In this document: positions 13,544 to 25,764 of the stretch, piece after piece | Numbering within the stretch: the first letter of the stretch is position 1 | How the letters are laid out: every line of letters starts with the position of its first letter | Source of the DNA: Phyllobates terribilis | Lineage: Eukaryota | Length of the DNA: 64,000 nucleotides | Direction of reading: 5' to 3' | NCBI RefSeq assembly: GCF_046119375.1 | Contig: NW_027362771.1 | Location: 261,206,001 to 261,270,000 of the forward strand | Translations under genes and position numbers: made by a program | Notes under the pieces: model-generated | What the model was told of the DNA's origin: nothing | The model's database searches: none | Seen by the model: the letters and a program-made list of their open reading frames with translations, nothing else

Positions 13544-15724
13544 TTAAGTTTATTTGGAAAATGTGTCTTGAATGAGCCTTCAACGTTTGTCTATACAATA
13601 GAAGACAGGAAAAAAAGAAACATACAGAGATTATGAATAAATAAATTCCTCATGGTCATAGTTCTTGAACTCTCTTGTGTTTTTAATCAAAAATAAATAT
13701 TTTCATTAGTATATTGTAAAAATGATGCAGTTGTTAGAGTTGTATTCCAGTAATACATGTTTACCTAATGAGCATGTGAGAAGACATTGTAGGTCTTATT
13801 GAACCCATTCCCTACATGTGATATGCATGTCACATGCCAAATGCGGGTGTATAGAACGGGTCCAGGAGCTGAGCCTGCACCATACTTAACAGATGCCAGC
13901 TCTTTTCCTCAGCTGGCATCTACCCCCTATAGCAACGACCAGTGTTTGCTTCACTTGCATAGTTACACTGAGAAAAGAGTGTGGACTGCAAGGGGAATTA
14001 ATTCAAATAAACCCTAAGAGGGCAACTTCTCATCTAAATAATCTCATCTCAATCTAATAGCCAATTAAAACTTAGCCAAAAGCCAATTAAAACTTAGCCA
14101 TTATTATGCAATTCTAAAACCTTACTGTTTCCTTTCTGTAATCAAATTTATAGTGGGGTAATAGAGATTAAAAATTGCCCATGGTCACTAATATTGTTTG
14201 ATGACCCTATAAATTAAACAGAAGTACTTTAATTATGATATAGAGATAGGCCTACAGAGTACCATCTCAACATTGCAAATTAGCAAACTGTGGGTGGATT
14301 AAAACAGTAACCAACATTACAGATGTCCCACCAACATGTTTCACCGTCTCAGCAGCATCATCAGGGGATGCAACACTAGTGTTAATGCATTATGTGTATG
14401 TACCCCAATATAGTAAAAATAAAAATGTCAATTCACCATGGAAAAAGCCCTCACATAGCAATCTCTAAAATAAATAAATAAATAAATACAAGAATTACAG
14501 GTCTCAAAAAATTACTACACAATGCATTTTTTTTTTTACAATTTTCTGAAATATTTTTTCCACTCCATGAATTGAAAATTAAAATGACACAAGTTTAGCA
14601 TATTAAATGTGCTGACCTGAAAAGTCAGGTTGCCAGGTCTTCTTTAATGTACAATGAACGCCATAAAAATAAAACCCTGAAAACAATGCAAAATTGCATT
14701 TTTTTTTCACCATTTCACCAGTTTTCTCCACATGTTGCAGTACATTGAACCTCTCAGACACAACTAAGGTTTTATTACTGAAAGATGTTGGAATCAGACG
14801 CTCCAGCTCTGTTACATTTTTACTGCAACATGGAATAAAAGTAATGTTTTATTGGAAATTCCTTTATTGCTTGATCTTTTATTTTTTCTATATTGGGGAA
14901 TTTATTAATCCTTTAGTGTAATCATGTAAGGTTGGATTCTAGTATGCTTGCAGTGAGATGACTTTACTGTTCTAAGTACATTGAATGGTAAAATGAATGG
15001 TGTCAATCAAAACTTCAACTCATGCCGCAAACAGCAAGCCCTCTTTTGGCTATGTCGATAAAAATAAAATAGTTACAACTCTTGAAATAAGAAGATGAAA
15101 AACGAAAGCACAAAAACAGGTTGTTTTAGGATGTGGATTAAAGGGAACTTTGATGTCCCACTTTAAACCATCACCACCTTGTTGTTTACTTCACTGCTTT
15201 GCCGGCATGTACCTATATCAGCTTTCTCAAAATACATAGTCTAAAGATTGCTTATAATTTGATGAGTGCAATATGCTAATTAGCTCAGAGTAGTTATCTG
15301 ACAGGGCTGTTCCTGTGAATCCTCATGATGTCTGAAAAGTGATCATGCCCATTGTGTCTTGATTAAACACCCACAGTGCTTTATGCTTTGTTGAGTTTTG
15401 CTTGCTGGGCATGTGCAATGAAGAAAGCTGTACTTGTACATACACCGGATGCACATGCTCCTCAAGCTGAACTCAACAGAGCATAACAGCCCTGTGGGAC
15501 ACCAATCAAGTCACAATGGGTGTGATTAAAAGGCCAGGCTGTGTGACTGACTATTCACATGAACGACCCCATCCAGATGACTTCCAAGGGGAAATTAGCA
15601 TATTGCACACACTGAATTTTCATTTAATTTTTAAACTGGACTTTTTTTCAGAAAGTTTATGTAAGAACATGACTGTAAAACAGTGAAGGAGATATATACC
15701 ATGGTAGTGGCAATTTCCATTTAA

Positions 15725-16833
15725 ACCCTTCCCGACATGGATAGATTTTTGCGTTTGCATTTTTTCCTATCCATCTTTTAAGAGCCATAACTTTTTTATT
15801 TTTCCGTCAACAATGCTATATGAGGGTTTGATTTTTGTGGTTCAAGTTGTACTCGCGGATGACACCATTCATTTTAACATGAAATGTACTGGAAAGCAGG
15901 AAATAAATTAAAAGTGCTGCAAAATTGCAAAAAAGCATAATTTGACAGTTTGTTTGTTTTTTTTAATTTATGCAGCAATTTAATTCTCCAGAGCAATACG
16001 ATCATGAAGATACCAAACATGCTTAATTTTTTTTTTTTTTGAGTGGTAAAAAAAATTTAGAACTTTGTAAAAAAAAAAATAATAATAATTGCATGTCTTG
16101 CCAGTTTCCAAGACCCATAACATTTTATATTTTTGGTTTATGGGGCTGTGTGAGGGCTTATTTTTTGTGTCCTGAGCCAAAATATAATTCTAGCGTTTAG
16201 ATTTTTTTTCATTATGCCCTTTTACTGATGAAGGTAATTAATTTATTATTTTGATAGATCAGACATTTACAGACATAGCGACACCACATTTGTGTATTTT
16301 TTTTCCTTTATTTATTTTGTAATAGGGAAAAAGGGGGATTTGAACTTTTAGAGTTTTTTTTTTTTCTTCATATTTTTAAAAACATATTTTTTCCCTGTAT
16401 TTGTTAACCTCCTTTGAACGAATGCAGGCGCAAATCCCCTATCAGTTGTACTATACACAGAGCAATACCACAGTGTTACAGTATATAGCAAAAATCATGG
16501 TCAGCTATAAACACCAGGCAGAAGCTGGCGTTCACAGGACTACTGTCATGACAGGCACAGAGGTCTTCAGCAGACCCCCGGCCATCATGGCAACACATTG
16601 GCACCCTGCAATTGCATCACAAGGACGCCGACTGATGCCTCCCTGCTGTCGCGCTGTAAATGTTGCTGTCAGAGATTGACAGTGGCATTTAACAGATTAA
16701 CAGCCACAGGTGTAACTCCGCTCCATGTGCAGCTATTAGAGGAAGATGATGGCCAATTATCATAGCCATCATCTGCCCTCATCAAAGAGATTCGGCATAT
16801 GATATAACTGTAACTGTACGGCATATGTCATTA
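15725..16833 (+). mobile_element. Internally deleted piggyBac-like non-autonomous element
   Basis: Starts TTAA|ACCCTTCCCGAC. Internal sequence resembles 23400-24790. Right end is truncated. Confidence 0.55.
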
Positions 16834-16837
16834 TTAC

Positions 16838-17705
16838 CGCTTGTGGTAGGGAATTCTATGGTCTGACTACTCAAACTGTAAAGAACCCTTTATTATTTTG
16901 ATGTGTACATTGCCTTTCCTCCACATATGATTAACGTTACATGGTCCTTTGCAAAGTCCGTGGCAAGAATAAATCATGTCCTAGTTCTTTGTATTGACCA
17001 TACATGAATTTATACATGCAATTGAGATTACCGTATTTTTCAGACTATAAGGCGAACCCGACCATAAGACGCACCCCAAATTTTGGGAAGGAAAATACGA
17101 AAAAACAAATAGATTTTTTTATAAGATGGGGGTCTGTCTTATAGTCTGAATTTAAGGTATCTTACCTGGGCGCCGTCAGCGGTGAAGCAGGGGTCACAAG
17201 ATGCATGGTCCCTTCCTCAGGAAGCCGGTGGCGGCATAAGGGGGGCAATGCTGTGGGCCCTGAGTGGGAGTAGGGGAGCGATGCTGCTGGCCCAGTGTCA
17301 GTGGTGAGCAGAGCGGAGTGCATTGCTTTCCCGGTGGCCATTTCCCGAATCCATGGGTCGTGGGCTTCAGGGAAATGGTCACCTCCGGCGGCACATGGGC
17401 GGATTGAGATCTGGGCCCACAGCATTGCCACACTTCTGCCATTGCCGGCTTTCTGAGGAAGGTACCCTGCCTCCTGTCATCCCACTCCACCATCACCACA
17501 ACCCCAGGTAAGCTACATTCGGACTATAAGGTGCACTCCCCATTTTCCCCCCAAATTTGGGGGGGGTGCGTCTTATACGATACTTCTGAAGTGACTTTTT
17601 CCAAGCTGAATAAGCCCAATTATTCTAATCTCTCATTATAACACAAACCTCTAATCCTAATGAATAACTTAGTTGCTCACCTTTGAATCTACTCTAGCTT
17701 TCCAT
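16838..17705 (-). mobile_element. CR1 LINE 3' coding fragment, split by a MITE
   Basis: Minus-strand remnants read KLE.IQR.ATKL...YNERLE.LGLFSLEK / LN.MYK.M.GQYKEL..DLF...KGFFTV. The two halves rejoin across 17031-17580. Confidence 0.75.
17031..17580. mobile_element. Tigger/pogo-like MITE with GC-rich interior
   Basis: TA|CCGTATTTTTCAGACTATAAG left end. The right end is a shortened ...TGCGTCTTATACG|(A)TA. Inserted into the CR1 fragment. Confidence 0.65.
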
Positions 17706-18263
17706 TATCCTGATATGATATGTACTAACTGATCATCTTTCCAATAAGTTATAGAGGGGATATCTGAGACATGACTGGATGACAGCTATGAGTGGGCTAT
17801 TAATTTACAGGGTTATAGTTTGTTGAGGAACAAATGCAAATGTTCAAATGTACAAATACAAGAGGGAAAGTGTATGCTTTTATGTTACATTTATTTAATA
17901 GTCCATCCTGTGAGATGATATCTATGCTGCAAATGAGCACATAGAGTCCTTATGGGTATAAATATGAGGAGCGAGAAAGAATAAACATAAATAAATAATA
18001 CTGAATCGTCGCATGGGTGCAAAATCACTAACTTGTGCTCAAGCACTGATTCATGTGTACGTCACACGCATGCGCTATTGATATACAGGTCCTAGCACAT
18101 AGCAATTTTGTACGTATGCATCGATTCATTGTGACAATCAACGCATGCGCCAATAAAATGCCTGCGATACTATGCTTTACATCCGGTAAGTTCTATCAGC
18201 TGATTTTAATGATTGATGCTTACTCTCATATATATACTGTGGGCTACACATTGTTACTTACAG

Positions 18264-18305
18264 GCCCCTGAGGAAGCCACACTTTGGCGGCGACACGCGT
18301 CGGGC
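18264..18305 (+). ncRNA. Degenerate minimal type I hammerhead ribozyme motif (Penelope-like element 3' region ~18000-19345)
   Basis: GCCC-CTGAGGA-A-GCCA/TGGC stem II-(GGC)-GACA-CGCG-TC-GGGC. GAAA is mutated to GACA. Confidence 0.6.
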
Positions 18306-18612
18306 ATTGCGCCCTGTTATTTGCTTTGACCATTCATTTGGATCCAGGTCATCATGCCTAACTTGCAGCTCTAAAGCAAACATTATTGGTATCTCTGTTT
18401 GGTTATCACATGTGATAGCTGCTTCTCTATTCTGAGGACTAGCTTCCTTTTTTGTATCCAGCACTATTTAGCACTTTATTTTTATATACACTTGATACTT
18501 TCTCTACTTTTGTATACTGTGTGTGCATCAGCATTTACTCTTTTTGCACTCTGTGCTGTTTATGCTTTGTTGCCATTTTCATTGCTGCTATTATGCTTGC
18601 ATATATTATAAT

Positions 18613-18923
18613 TAGTGATGAGCTAACATGCTCGGATAACATCTTATCCGACCATGCTCGGGTGTTATCCTAGTATCTTGGGCGTGCTCTTATATTATGT
18701 TCGAGCCCCTGTGTCTGCATGATTTGCGGCTGTTAGACAGTCTCAACACATGTGAGGATTCCCTAACAAACAGGCAATCCCTGCATGTGTTGAGGCTGTC
18801 TAACAGCCGCAAATCATGCAGACGCAGGGACTTGAATATAATATATGAGCACTCCGAAGAGACTCGGATAACAGCCGAGCACACTCGGATAAGATGTTAT
18901 CCGAGCACGCTCGCTCATCACTA
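18613..18923. mobile_element. hAT-family MITE (311 bp)
   Basis: TIR TAGTGATGAGC..GCTCATCACTA plus long subterminal inverted repeats (TGCTCGGATAACATCTTATCCGA). TSD is not preserved. Confidence 0.8.
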
Positions 18924-18924
18924 T

Positions 18925-19060
18925 TAGTGTTGAGCGAATTTGTTCGGCATTTCAAATTCGGGTTCGTGTTCGGGGTTCCGGCCGATTTCTTTGCGTGAAC
19001 AAGCTGGAACCTCGAACACGAACCCGAATTTGAAATGCCGAACAAATTCGTTCAACACTA
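18925..19060. mobile_element. hAT-family mini-MITE (136 bp), near-perfect palindrome
   Basis: TIR TAGTGTTGAGCGAATTTGTTCGGCATTTCAAATTCGGGTTCG / reverse complement. Perfect 8-bp TSD ATCACTAT (18917-18924, 19061-19068). Confidence 0.92.
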
Positions 19061-19786
19061 ATCACTATTTTTTTATTTCATATATGCTCTTTGTGCATAA
19101 TCTTTGAATTAAGCAGATTTTGTTAGGGTTTTCTGATTCTATATGCAAATATCTATTGCTAGTCTTATATCCTGGATCTGGTATTATCTATAAAGTATAA
19201 CATCATTTATATCATTGGTCATTTGAATAACAGAGCTTTTTTTTGTCCTATTATGGGTGTATTTGTATGTCTTGTTTGACATTTTTAACTGTTTTTAAGA
19301 TTTGTTGTAGCTTGTACTAATAAAGACTTTATCATAATATTCTCTTGTGATCTGATAGATGAGCAGAATGTTTGTGGGTAATCGGATTGTTATGTCAGCA
19401 TAAAAGTTATCAGAAACATGTCACTTTGTATAAATGAGGGGTTTTCTGAGAGCAAGATGATGCTGTATGAGGACAGAATGATCATATGAAAAATCATTCT
19501 TCCCCATAAAGTCTTTGTCGACACAGGGGACCTGGCCAGTAAACCAATGTTTTTAACTTGTATATTTGTCAACTGGTGTTTATTGTCCAGCTCAAAATCT
19601 GCACGTGTTAATGATCTTTAAGAGATTAACATAATGCCATAAGCTGATACAATGTCTTCAAAAATAAAAGTACAAAATCTAAATGGGACACAATATAGAC
19701 AAATCATCGGGTTGTGATTGTATGCACCTATGAGTTCTGCATGAATTGAGTGCCGTGATAGACAGACCATTATTTCTAATATTTAA

Positions 19787-20526
19787 ATGGGTTCTTCGAT
19801 ACTTTAAAGGGGTTGTCCAGTACTTTTAAAAATATGCCAATGTGTTTTAATGATAAATAGAAGCTTTTTTCTAATTACCTCCTGTTGCTGTTTCTGTCTG
19901 TGAGTGGCGCTGTCGCTGGCCACTCACAGGCAGCTTGTGACCCCCGGCTGCAGCCGGCTCTGACATCCGCTGACGTCACAACAAGTCCAGGCTGCAGTCG
20001 AGGGTCCCTCTTACACGTTCCACCGGTGGCTGCTGGGTTGTGGGTGGGGTTACCCAGCACGTCACACCCGGCATCCACCGCGCGCTCTCCCTGTCCCCAT
20101 TCATTGGGAAAGCGCGCGGTGGATGCTGGGTGTGATGTGGGGAATAAATCCGCCCACAACCCAGCAGCCACAGTGGGGACCCCAACGCTGAGTCACACGT
20201 CAATAGACGGGACGTCAGCTGAGGGTCACGTGCTGCCTGTGAGCGGCCACCGATAGCGCCGCTCACAGGCAGAAACAACACCAGGAGGTAATTAGAAAGA
20301 AGCTTCTATTTATCATTAAAACACATTAGCATATTTTTAAAAGTACTGGACAACCCTTTTAATATTGATGGCCTACCCTTAGGATAAGTCATCAATACCA
20401 GATCGTTGGGAGTGCGATACTCCGCTGATAATTCAAACCGGTGCTGTGTGTCACACTCCCATCAATCTAGTATTGAGGACATATCCTATGAATAGGCCAT
20501 CAATATTAAAGTACTGGATAATGCCT
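19787..20526. mobile_element. Kolobok/T2-type host MITE (interrupted in its left TIR)
   Basis: The degenerate left end ATGGGTTCTTCGATACT|TTAA continues after the nested element as TATTGATGGCC. Right end is GGCCATCAATATTAAAGTACTGGATAATGCCT|TTAA. Confidence 0.7.
19808..20358. mobile_element. Kolobok/T2-type fold-back MITE (551 bp, GC-rich)
   Basis: TTAA|AGGGGTTGTCCAGTACT...AGTACTGGACAACCCTT|TTAA. The inverted symmetry runs to a central loop near 20080-20110. Confidence 0.9.
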
Positions 20527-20530
20527 TTAA

Positions 20531-23500
20531 CCCCTTCACCATCGAGCCTGTTTTCACCTTCATGACCGGGCCAAATTTTACAATTCTTACCACTGTCACT
20601 TTATGAGGTAATAACTCTGGAATGCTTCAACGTATCCCACTGATTCTGAGATTATTTTCTTGTGACATATTATACTTCATGTTAGTGGTAAAATTTATTT
20701 GATGTGACTCACGTTACTTTGTGAAAAAATCGCAAATTTGGTGAAAATTTTGCAATTTTCAAACTTTAAATTTTTATTGTCTTAAATCGGAGAGATATGT
20801 CAAACAAAATAGTTAATAAATAACATTTCACACATGTCTACTTTACATCAGCACAATTTTGGAACCACATTTTTTTTTGTTAGAACGTTATAAGGGTTAA
20901 AATTTGACCAGCGATTTCTACTGTAATTTTTCCAAGAAAATTTACAAAACCATTTTTTTAGGGACCACATCACATTTGAATTGACTTTGAGGGGCCTTTA
21001 TGACAGAAAATACCCAAAAGTGACACCATCCTAAATACTTCACCCCTCAAGGTGTTTATTAACCGTTCAGGTGATTCACAGGAATTTTTGGAATGTGGAA
21101 GAAAACAATGAACATTTAACTTTTTTCACAGAAATTTTTCTTTAGGCCCAATTTTTTTTATTTTCACAAGGGTCACAGTAAAAATTGGACCCCAAAATGT
21201 GTTGTGCAATTTCTCCTGAGCACGCTGATACCCAATATGTGGGGAAAAACCACTGTTTGGGCACATGTCATGGCTCAGAAGGGAAAGAGCGCCATTTGAC
21301 TTTTTGAATGTAAAATTTGCTGGAATTGAGAGTGAACACCATGTCATGTTTGGAGAGCCCCTGATGTGACTAAACAGTGGAAACCCCCCCACAAGTGACA
21401 CCATTTTGGAAACTAGACCCCTCAGGGAACTTATCAAGATGTGTGGTGAGCACCTTGAACCCTCAAATTTTTCCCACAAAAATGTTTTTCAGCCCAAAAT
21501 TTAGCATTTTCGTAAGGGTAACAAGAGAAATTGCACCATGCAATTTGTTGTGCAATGTCTCCTGAGTGAGCTGATGTCCAATATGTGAAGGAAAACCACT
21601 GTTTGGGTGCATGGCAGGGCTCGGAAGGGAAGGGGCGCCATTTGAATTTTAGAATGTAAAATTTGCTGGAATAATTAGCGGATGCCATGTCGCATTTGGA
21701 GTGCCCCTGATGTGCCTAAACAGTGGAAACCCCCCACAAGTGACACCATATTGGAAACTAGACCCCTCAAGGAACTTATCTAGATGTGTGGTGAGCACCT
21801 TGAGTCCCCAGGTGTTTCACAGAAGTTTTTAACGTTGAGTCTTGAAAATAATGAAATCACATTTTTCCACACAAAAAATTTTTTTAGCCCTAGCCCCAAA
21901 CTTTGCATTTTCACTAGGGTAATAGGAGAAATTGCACCATACAATTTGTTGTTCAATTGCTCCTGAGTACGCAGATACTCCATATGTGGTCGAAAACTAC
22001 TTTTGAGGCATAGTGCACAGCTCAGAAGGGAAGAAATGCTATATTGGAGTTCATATTTTGCTGGACAGGTTTGAGGGTGCCATGTCACATTTGTAGAGCC
22101 CCTGAGGTGCCAGATCAGCCGAAACCCCCATAAGTGACCCCATTTTTCAAACTTCACCTTTCAATGAATTCATCTAGGGGATCATATTGACACCACATGT
22201 GTGTCACAGCATTTTATACCATTGGGCAGTAAAGAAAAAATAATTACATTTTTACCACCAAAATTTTGTTTTTGCCTCAGATTTTACGTTGTCACACTGG
22301 GAAATGGGTAAAAATGGCACCAAAATTTGTGACACAATTTTTGCTGAATGTAGAAATCCCCATATGTGGCTGTTCAGTACTGCTAAGCCATACGGTGAGC
22401 CTCGGGAGGGACGGAGCGCTTTTGCCTCCTGGAGTGCAGATTTTCGTAGAATAGTATGCGGACTCCATATACAGAGCCCCTACGTGCTAGAAGACCAGAA
22501 TCCCCCTCTAGTGAGCCACTTTTTGGAAATTATACCCCTTTGTGAATTTATCTACAGGTGTAGTGACTATTTTGACTCCATAGGTGTTTTCCAGAAACAA
22601 GCAGTAGTTGATGTTGTTAAGTGAAGATTGCAAACTGCCATTGTAGTGACCAGTACCTTGTAGTGACCAGTACATCGTGCCCAGCTCATGCTTCTGGAGA
22701 CACGCACCTGTAAATCAGGCGGGCTCTCATCGCTACTAGAATGCCAAACATGTAGATGCTAACTGCAGTTTAGGTACACACTGGGGCTCAGAAGGAAGAC
22801 ATTTGGATTTAGGAGCACAGAACTCACTGGATTTCTTTAGGGGGGTGAGGAGCCATTTTGTTTTTCCAGAACCTTTGTGCTACCAGTAACGTGGAAGCCC
22901 CTATATTTTCATTAACAGATGACGGACCTGAGTGGGGACTTTTTGTGAATGGAGTTGAAGCTGTTATTTGGAACATTTTACATAACATTTGGGATCACAT
23001 TCATCCAGTGTTTTACACTGACCACTTATAGCGGGGTTTCCATCAAAACCTCCGAGTGACGCGATTCAGATGAAACTCCCGAGGGATCCATTCACTATAG
23101 TGAGGCAGCAGAATTACTCTGGACTCTGTCTGGCCTCTGAATGGCGGTGTCCTTTTTTTCAAAAGTGCACAAAACTATGGCCGACGGCTCTTTTATGCAT
23201 GCCTAATAAAAAGACGGACACTGCCGGATCACAGGTCAGACGGCGTCCACAGTGTCTCCATCTGCCTCATTATAGGGAATATTCCGCCGGGGGTTCCGTC
23301 TGAATCACATATTTTAAAGATTTAATTTACATGGAAACCCCGGTGTAAGCGCTCAGCATAGGATGGATGTGCACCGAGTCTTCCTGAGATCTTTGGGAGG
23401 CAGAATGAACAAATCAACAGCAGGTGAAGAATTGGTTTTATTTATTTTTTACGCCATTCCTAATGTGGTATAAGTGATTAAACGACTTTATTCGTCAGGT

Positions 23501-24791
23501 CGGTGCGATTACAGAGATACCAGATTTATATCGGGTTTTTATGTTTGGCTGCTGTCACACACTAAAAGATGCTTTTTATTGTAAAAACTAGTTTTTGTAT
23601 CACCATAGTTTGAGAGCTATAATTTTTACATATTTCAGCCGACAGTCATATGAGAGCTTGTTTTTTGCGGGAAGAGTTGACGTTTTTATTGGTACCATTT
23701 TCGGGCACATGACTATTTTGATTGCTTTATATCCTGATTTTTGGGAGGCAGAATGAACAAAACCAAGCAATTCAGGGATTGTTCTTTGGGTTGTTTTTTT
23801 ATGCCGCTCCGCATGTGGTAAAATTGATAAATCCGCTTTATTTTTCGGGTCAGTATGATTACAGCGATTCTTTTTTTATGTTTTGACGCTTTTACACAAT
23901 AAAAATTATTGCATGTAAATAATTATTATTTTTTCATCACTGTATTCTGAGAAGCTGTAACTGTTTTATTTTTTCACCAATGGAGCTGTATGGTGGCTTG
24001 TTTTTTGCAGGACAAGATGACGTTTTCAGAGGTACCATATTTATTTACATTCTTTTTGATCGCGTTTTATTCCACTTTTTGTTCGGCAGTATCATGATAA
24101 ATCATATTTTTTTGCCTCGTTTTTTATTTATTTTTTCTACAGTGTTCACTGAAGGGGTTAATTAGTAAGACAGTTTTATAGGTCAGGTCGTTCTGGACTC
24201 AGCGATACCAATTTTGTGTGCTTTTTTGTTTAATTTTTTTCATAAAAATATTTATTTATGAGTACAATATATATATATATATATTTTATTATTATTTTGT
24301 GATTTTTTGAAAATGTTTTTTCACTTTTTTCCACTTTTATACTTTGTCCCACTATGGGACTTTCACTTTTTCCTGCCTGATCGCTTATAAAACATAGGAA
24401 TGCAGCAGCATTCCTATGCTTCATAAACTGTCAGTGCTGAACTGACACACAAAGTTGTTAGATCATGCACTGCGCATGATCTAGCAACTTTGCTAGCTCT
24501 GGTGACCCACATGTCGTCATGATGACGTGCGGGGTCTCCGATTCAAGGGCTGATGAGCTTTCTTCCCTCTGCCTGCACACTGAATGCTGAATTCAGCTTC
24601 TGGGAGCGGTGCGGGTATCGCTTCTCACACCGAGTCCCAGATTTCAGCTGTCAGAATCAGCTGACACCCGGGAGCGATCGCCCGCACAGAGCCCCCTGTG
24701 CGCGGACGATCTCCATGATGTACATATGCTGCATCGGTCGAGAAGTCCTTCCCGACGATGACGTATATGTACTACAAATGTCGGGAAGGGG
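20531..24791 (+). mobile_element. Full-length non-autonomous piggyBac-like element (4261 bp) with internal tandem arrays
   Basis: TTAA|CCCCTTC ... GAAGGGG|TTAA. No transposase ORF. Four degenerate ~350-400-bp units (21130-22650) and three ~345-bp units (23380-24400). A nested MITE lies at ~23044-23350. Confidence 0.8.
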
Positions 24792-24859
24792 TTAAGGATT
24801 CCATAATGAAAAGGTTTGTTCCAGTCAACTTATGCATGGTGCATATGGTGCCCTTATTG

Positions 24860-25128
24860 AAAAATTGATCAAATAGCAATTTTCAAGAAGGACCTTGATG
24901 CTTTTTTTGAAAATTGTATTATTGAAGGTTATGGGCTCTAAATTTCTGCGATGAGACGTTGATGAACTAGATTGTCATGTATGGAGTCAGAAAGGATTTT
25001 TTCCCTAATATAGGGCAATTAGCATCTGCCTGATGGTTGTTTTGTATCCTTCAGAATCAACACATCAGGATTATAGATTGAACTCAATAGACGGATATTT
25101 TTTTAACCTTAACAACTATGTAACTATT
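24860..25128 (+). mobile_element. CR1 LINE 3' terminus
   Basis: FKKDLDAFL-like coding tail, then a CR1-like 3' UTR ending AACTATGTAACTAT. Confidence 0.65.
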
Positions 25129-25219
25129 AGTGTTCATTTTTATGTGAATATAGTTGTGTAAATGACTGCTATAAATATGTATGCTACAGATTTATACCCC
25201 ACTGATTTTCTACTACTAG

Positions 25220-25371
25220 GTGGGAAATTTCCGGGGCTGTCATTGGTACTGAATGTGGAACAATAGAATCAGGCTCTTCTCTTGTATTTATGAAAGATGG
25301 AGAAAGAAAATTATGTACTCCATATATGGATACTACTGGATATGGAAACCTACGATTTTATTTCAGTATGG
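25220..25371 (+). CDS. RELN: Reelin coding exon (approx. exon 12), 152 bp
   Basis: Acceptor tactag, donor G|gtaag. Translates [50 protein letters not shown]. Confidence 0.97.
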
Positions 25372-25450
25372 GTAAGTTAAAAAAAATGTACTTATGATTT
25401 GTCACCATGTTCTTATTTAGTAACTATTTTGTGTATCCATCTTAGATTAA

Positions 25451-25764
25451 TATTAAAATTTGAGCGTCCTCAGTAGTTGATACCTTTTATTGGCTAACTG
25501 AAAAGATGGTAATAAATAGAAAGATTTCGAGACTACTCATCAGGCTCAGTATAACAGAAAATTTGAAGAGTGACATAGTTACACACAACAGGACACAGGA
25601 AGAATGCCGTGTCCTGTTGTGTATAAATATTTAACTCTTCAAATTTTGTGTTATTCTATGCCTGATGAAGAGACTTGAGGAGTATCAAAAGCTTTCAATT
25701 TGTTACTATCTTTTCAGTTAGCCATTAAAAGGTATGAACCACTGAGGACTCTCAAGTTTTAATA
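25451..25764. repeat. Penelope-derived fold-back element with hammerhead-like motifs in both arms
   Basis: ~145-bp inverted arms around the loop GGAAGAATGCC. CCTGATGAAGAGAC..GTATCAAAAGCTT on + (25661-25694). CCTGATGAGTAGTCTCGAAA on - (25525-25544). Confidence 0.75.

Noticed and set aside
17162-17511. Cluster of GC-rich ORFs suggesting a small gene or CpG-island promoter
   Set aside because: All lie inside a Tigger-like MITE that splits a CR1 fragment. The same applies to the ORFs at 19875-20281 and 57526-57865 within other TEs.
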